Assembly: GCA_030390025.1 (NCBI GenBank)
Contig: CM059431.1
Span: 124,064,001-124,128,000, forward strand
From: Squalus acanthias
Taxonomy: Eukaryota
Direction of reading: 5' to 3'
DNA length: 64,000 nt
Part shown: piece by piece, positions 62,617 through 64,000 of the stretch
Layout: every line of letters begins with the position of its first letter
Numbering within the stretch: position 1 is the first letter of the stretch
Program-made: the position numbers and the translations under genes
The notes under the pieces: model-generated
What the model was told of the DNA's origin: nothing
What the model saw: only the letters and a program-made list of their open reading frames with translations
Databases searched by the model: none

Positions 62617-64000
62617 GGGCTGGATTTTTCCAACCTCAGTGGGTCCGGGGCGGGCGACGTCCGTGGCGTGTGGGGACCCCGCATCTGTGTCGATCCCAGC
62701 CTCCAACAAGATATTCCGTTGATGGGGCTTGTTAAGCCCGCCCTGTGAGGTTCCCGGCCAATTAATAGGAAGCGGGTCTGATGATGTAATTTGATGACGC
62801 GTCATCAGCCGGTTTCCTTAAAGGGACCATGTCCACATTTTGACATTTGTGCTGTCAGTATTCTACAGCATTGAGGTGCTGCAAACACTGACCAGCACTA
62901 CACAGAGGTGCAGGGCTGCACCCAGGCTCTCCCCTTACTCCTTTCATATGCTTATGGAGGGAGTCATAGCACGCAGGGAGGTTCTCTTCGCTTCCAATGG
63001 GTGGAAGACACCTCCCCAGGAGACCAACGCAGCCTGGTTGCACATTGCACAGGAGGACACAAGCAGAGATGTCATCAGGAGGATCTGGCTGCAGTGGTGC
63101 AATCCTTTCAATGATCTCAGTAGATCACAAAATGTTACTGCAAATCCACACTCAACCTCATCCTGCTGTGCCACTCATCAAATCCCCATCACTCTGCCTT
63201 CCCTACCCTACTCATGCACATCCTTACTCACACCAACTTACCTTACACCTCCACCCATCCCTCTCTATCTATATTATCACTTCCCCTTCTCACTAGCCAC
63301 CCCTCACACTCACCCTCATCCTTGTCCAATCATTCAAACTAACATCACACAAGGGTAGGCACTTGCTTGCTTTAGCCAATGTTCGTGCAAAGTGTCTGTT
63401 AATGTGTTGTAAAGCACTGAAATCTTTATTTTCAACACTTTGCCTTCTTGGACACATTTGTGTGTGTCTTTGGAAGTGTCTTAATGAGTTCCAGTGAAAG
63501 GTGAGACATAACCTCCACCCCCCCCCCCCCCCCCCACGCCAATGGTGACGAGTGTGAAAGGAATGGCTTGGACATTGTGGGGATGCTTGATGATGCTGGG
63601 GTGGGGTGGTGCCAACCTGGTGCATCATGTGGCAGTCAGGGTGTACAGCATCAAGTGAAGTAAATCTGGCCATGGTGAGGCCATCGCTGGCATCCCGGGC
63701 AGCAATGTGCATGGGTGATGATGCCCTCTGTCCAATGCAGCATGAATTGATTACGGAGAAGGTTGGTGTGGATGTTGGTGCTGCTGGTGTGCCCGATGAT
63801 GCTGGTGTTGGGGCGAAATCGTGTTGGGATTCTATGGACCAAGGTGAGATTTTGTTCACTGGCACCAATCCTGATGGAATAGATAGCAGGTGAGATTGAG
63901 ATGACGGAAGTAATCTGTCAAAGTTGAGATATGTTTTTCCATGGAGGTGATAGTGGATGGAGAGATTACTCCAAACACTTCAAAAGTGCATAAAGCTCAA
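62617..64000 (+). mobile_element. Non-autonomous Harbinger derivative with a Myb/SANT remnant; runs off the window
   Basis: Terminus GGGCTGGATTTTTCC. ORF 62840-63358 AAPRLSPYSFHMLMEG...WLHIAQE...WLQWCNPFNDL is homologous to 33644-35291. Confidence 0.78.

Overview
Repeat-dense vertebrate genomic DNA, most likely from a cartilaginous fish (inferred from the CR1/HER1-like LINEs, DeuSINE/SacSINE1-like SINEs, Harbinger families and Penelope elements). I could not identify any host protein-coding exon. The main feature is a defective endogenous retrovirus-like provirus on the minus strand (44871-56981). It has ~1.7-kb LTRs, a CCHC gag remnant separated from pol by an in-frame TGA-CTAG stop, and PR-RT-degenerate RNase H tether-second RNase H-integrase. 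Its ~775-codon env (one premature stop) has a signal peptide, an Ig-like domain, an RQRR furin site and a long Cys-rich fusion subunit resembling paramyxo/pneumovirus F rather than a retroviral TM, which fits the lokiretrovirus lineage. Three related ~1.7-kb solo LTRs with 4-bp TSDs lie in or around it, one inserted antisense into its protease. The window also holds an internally deleted CsRn1-type Gypsy, a near-full CR1 LINE, a Vingi/I-group LINE fragment, a Penelope element with inverted pseudo-LTRs and hammerhead motifs, and many Harbinger derivatives carrying spliced Myb/SANT genes. All family assignments come from motif recognition by eye; no database searches were run.
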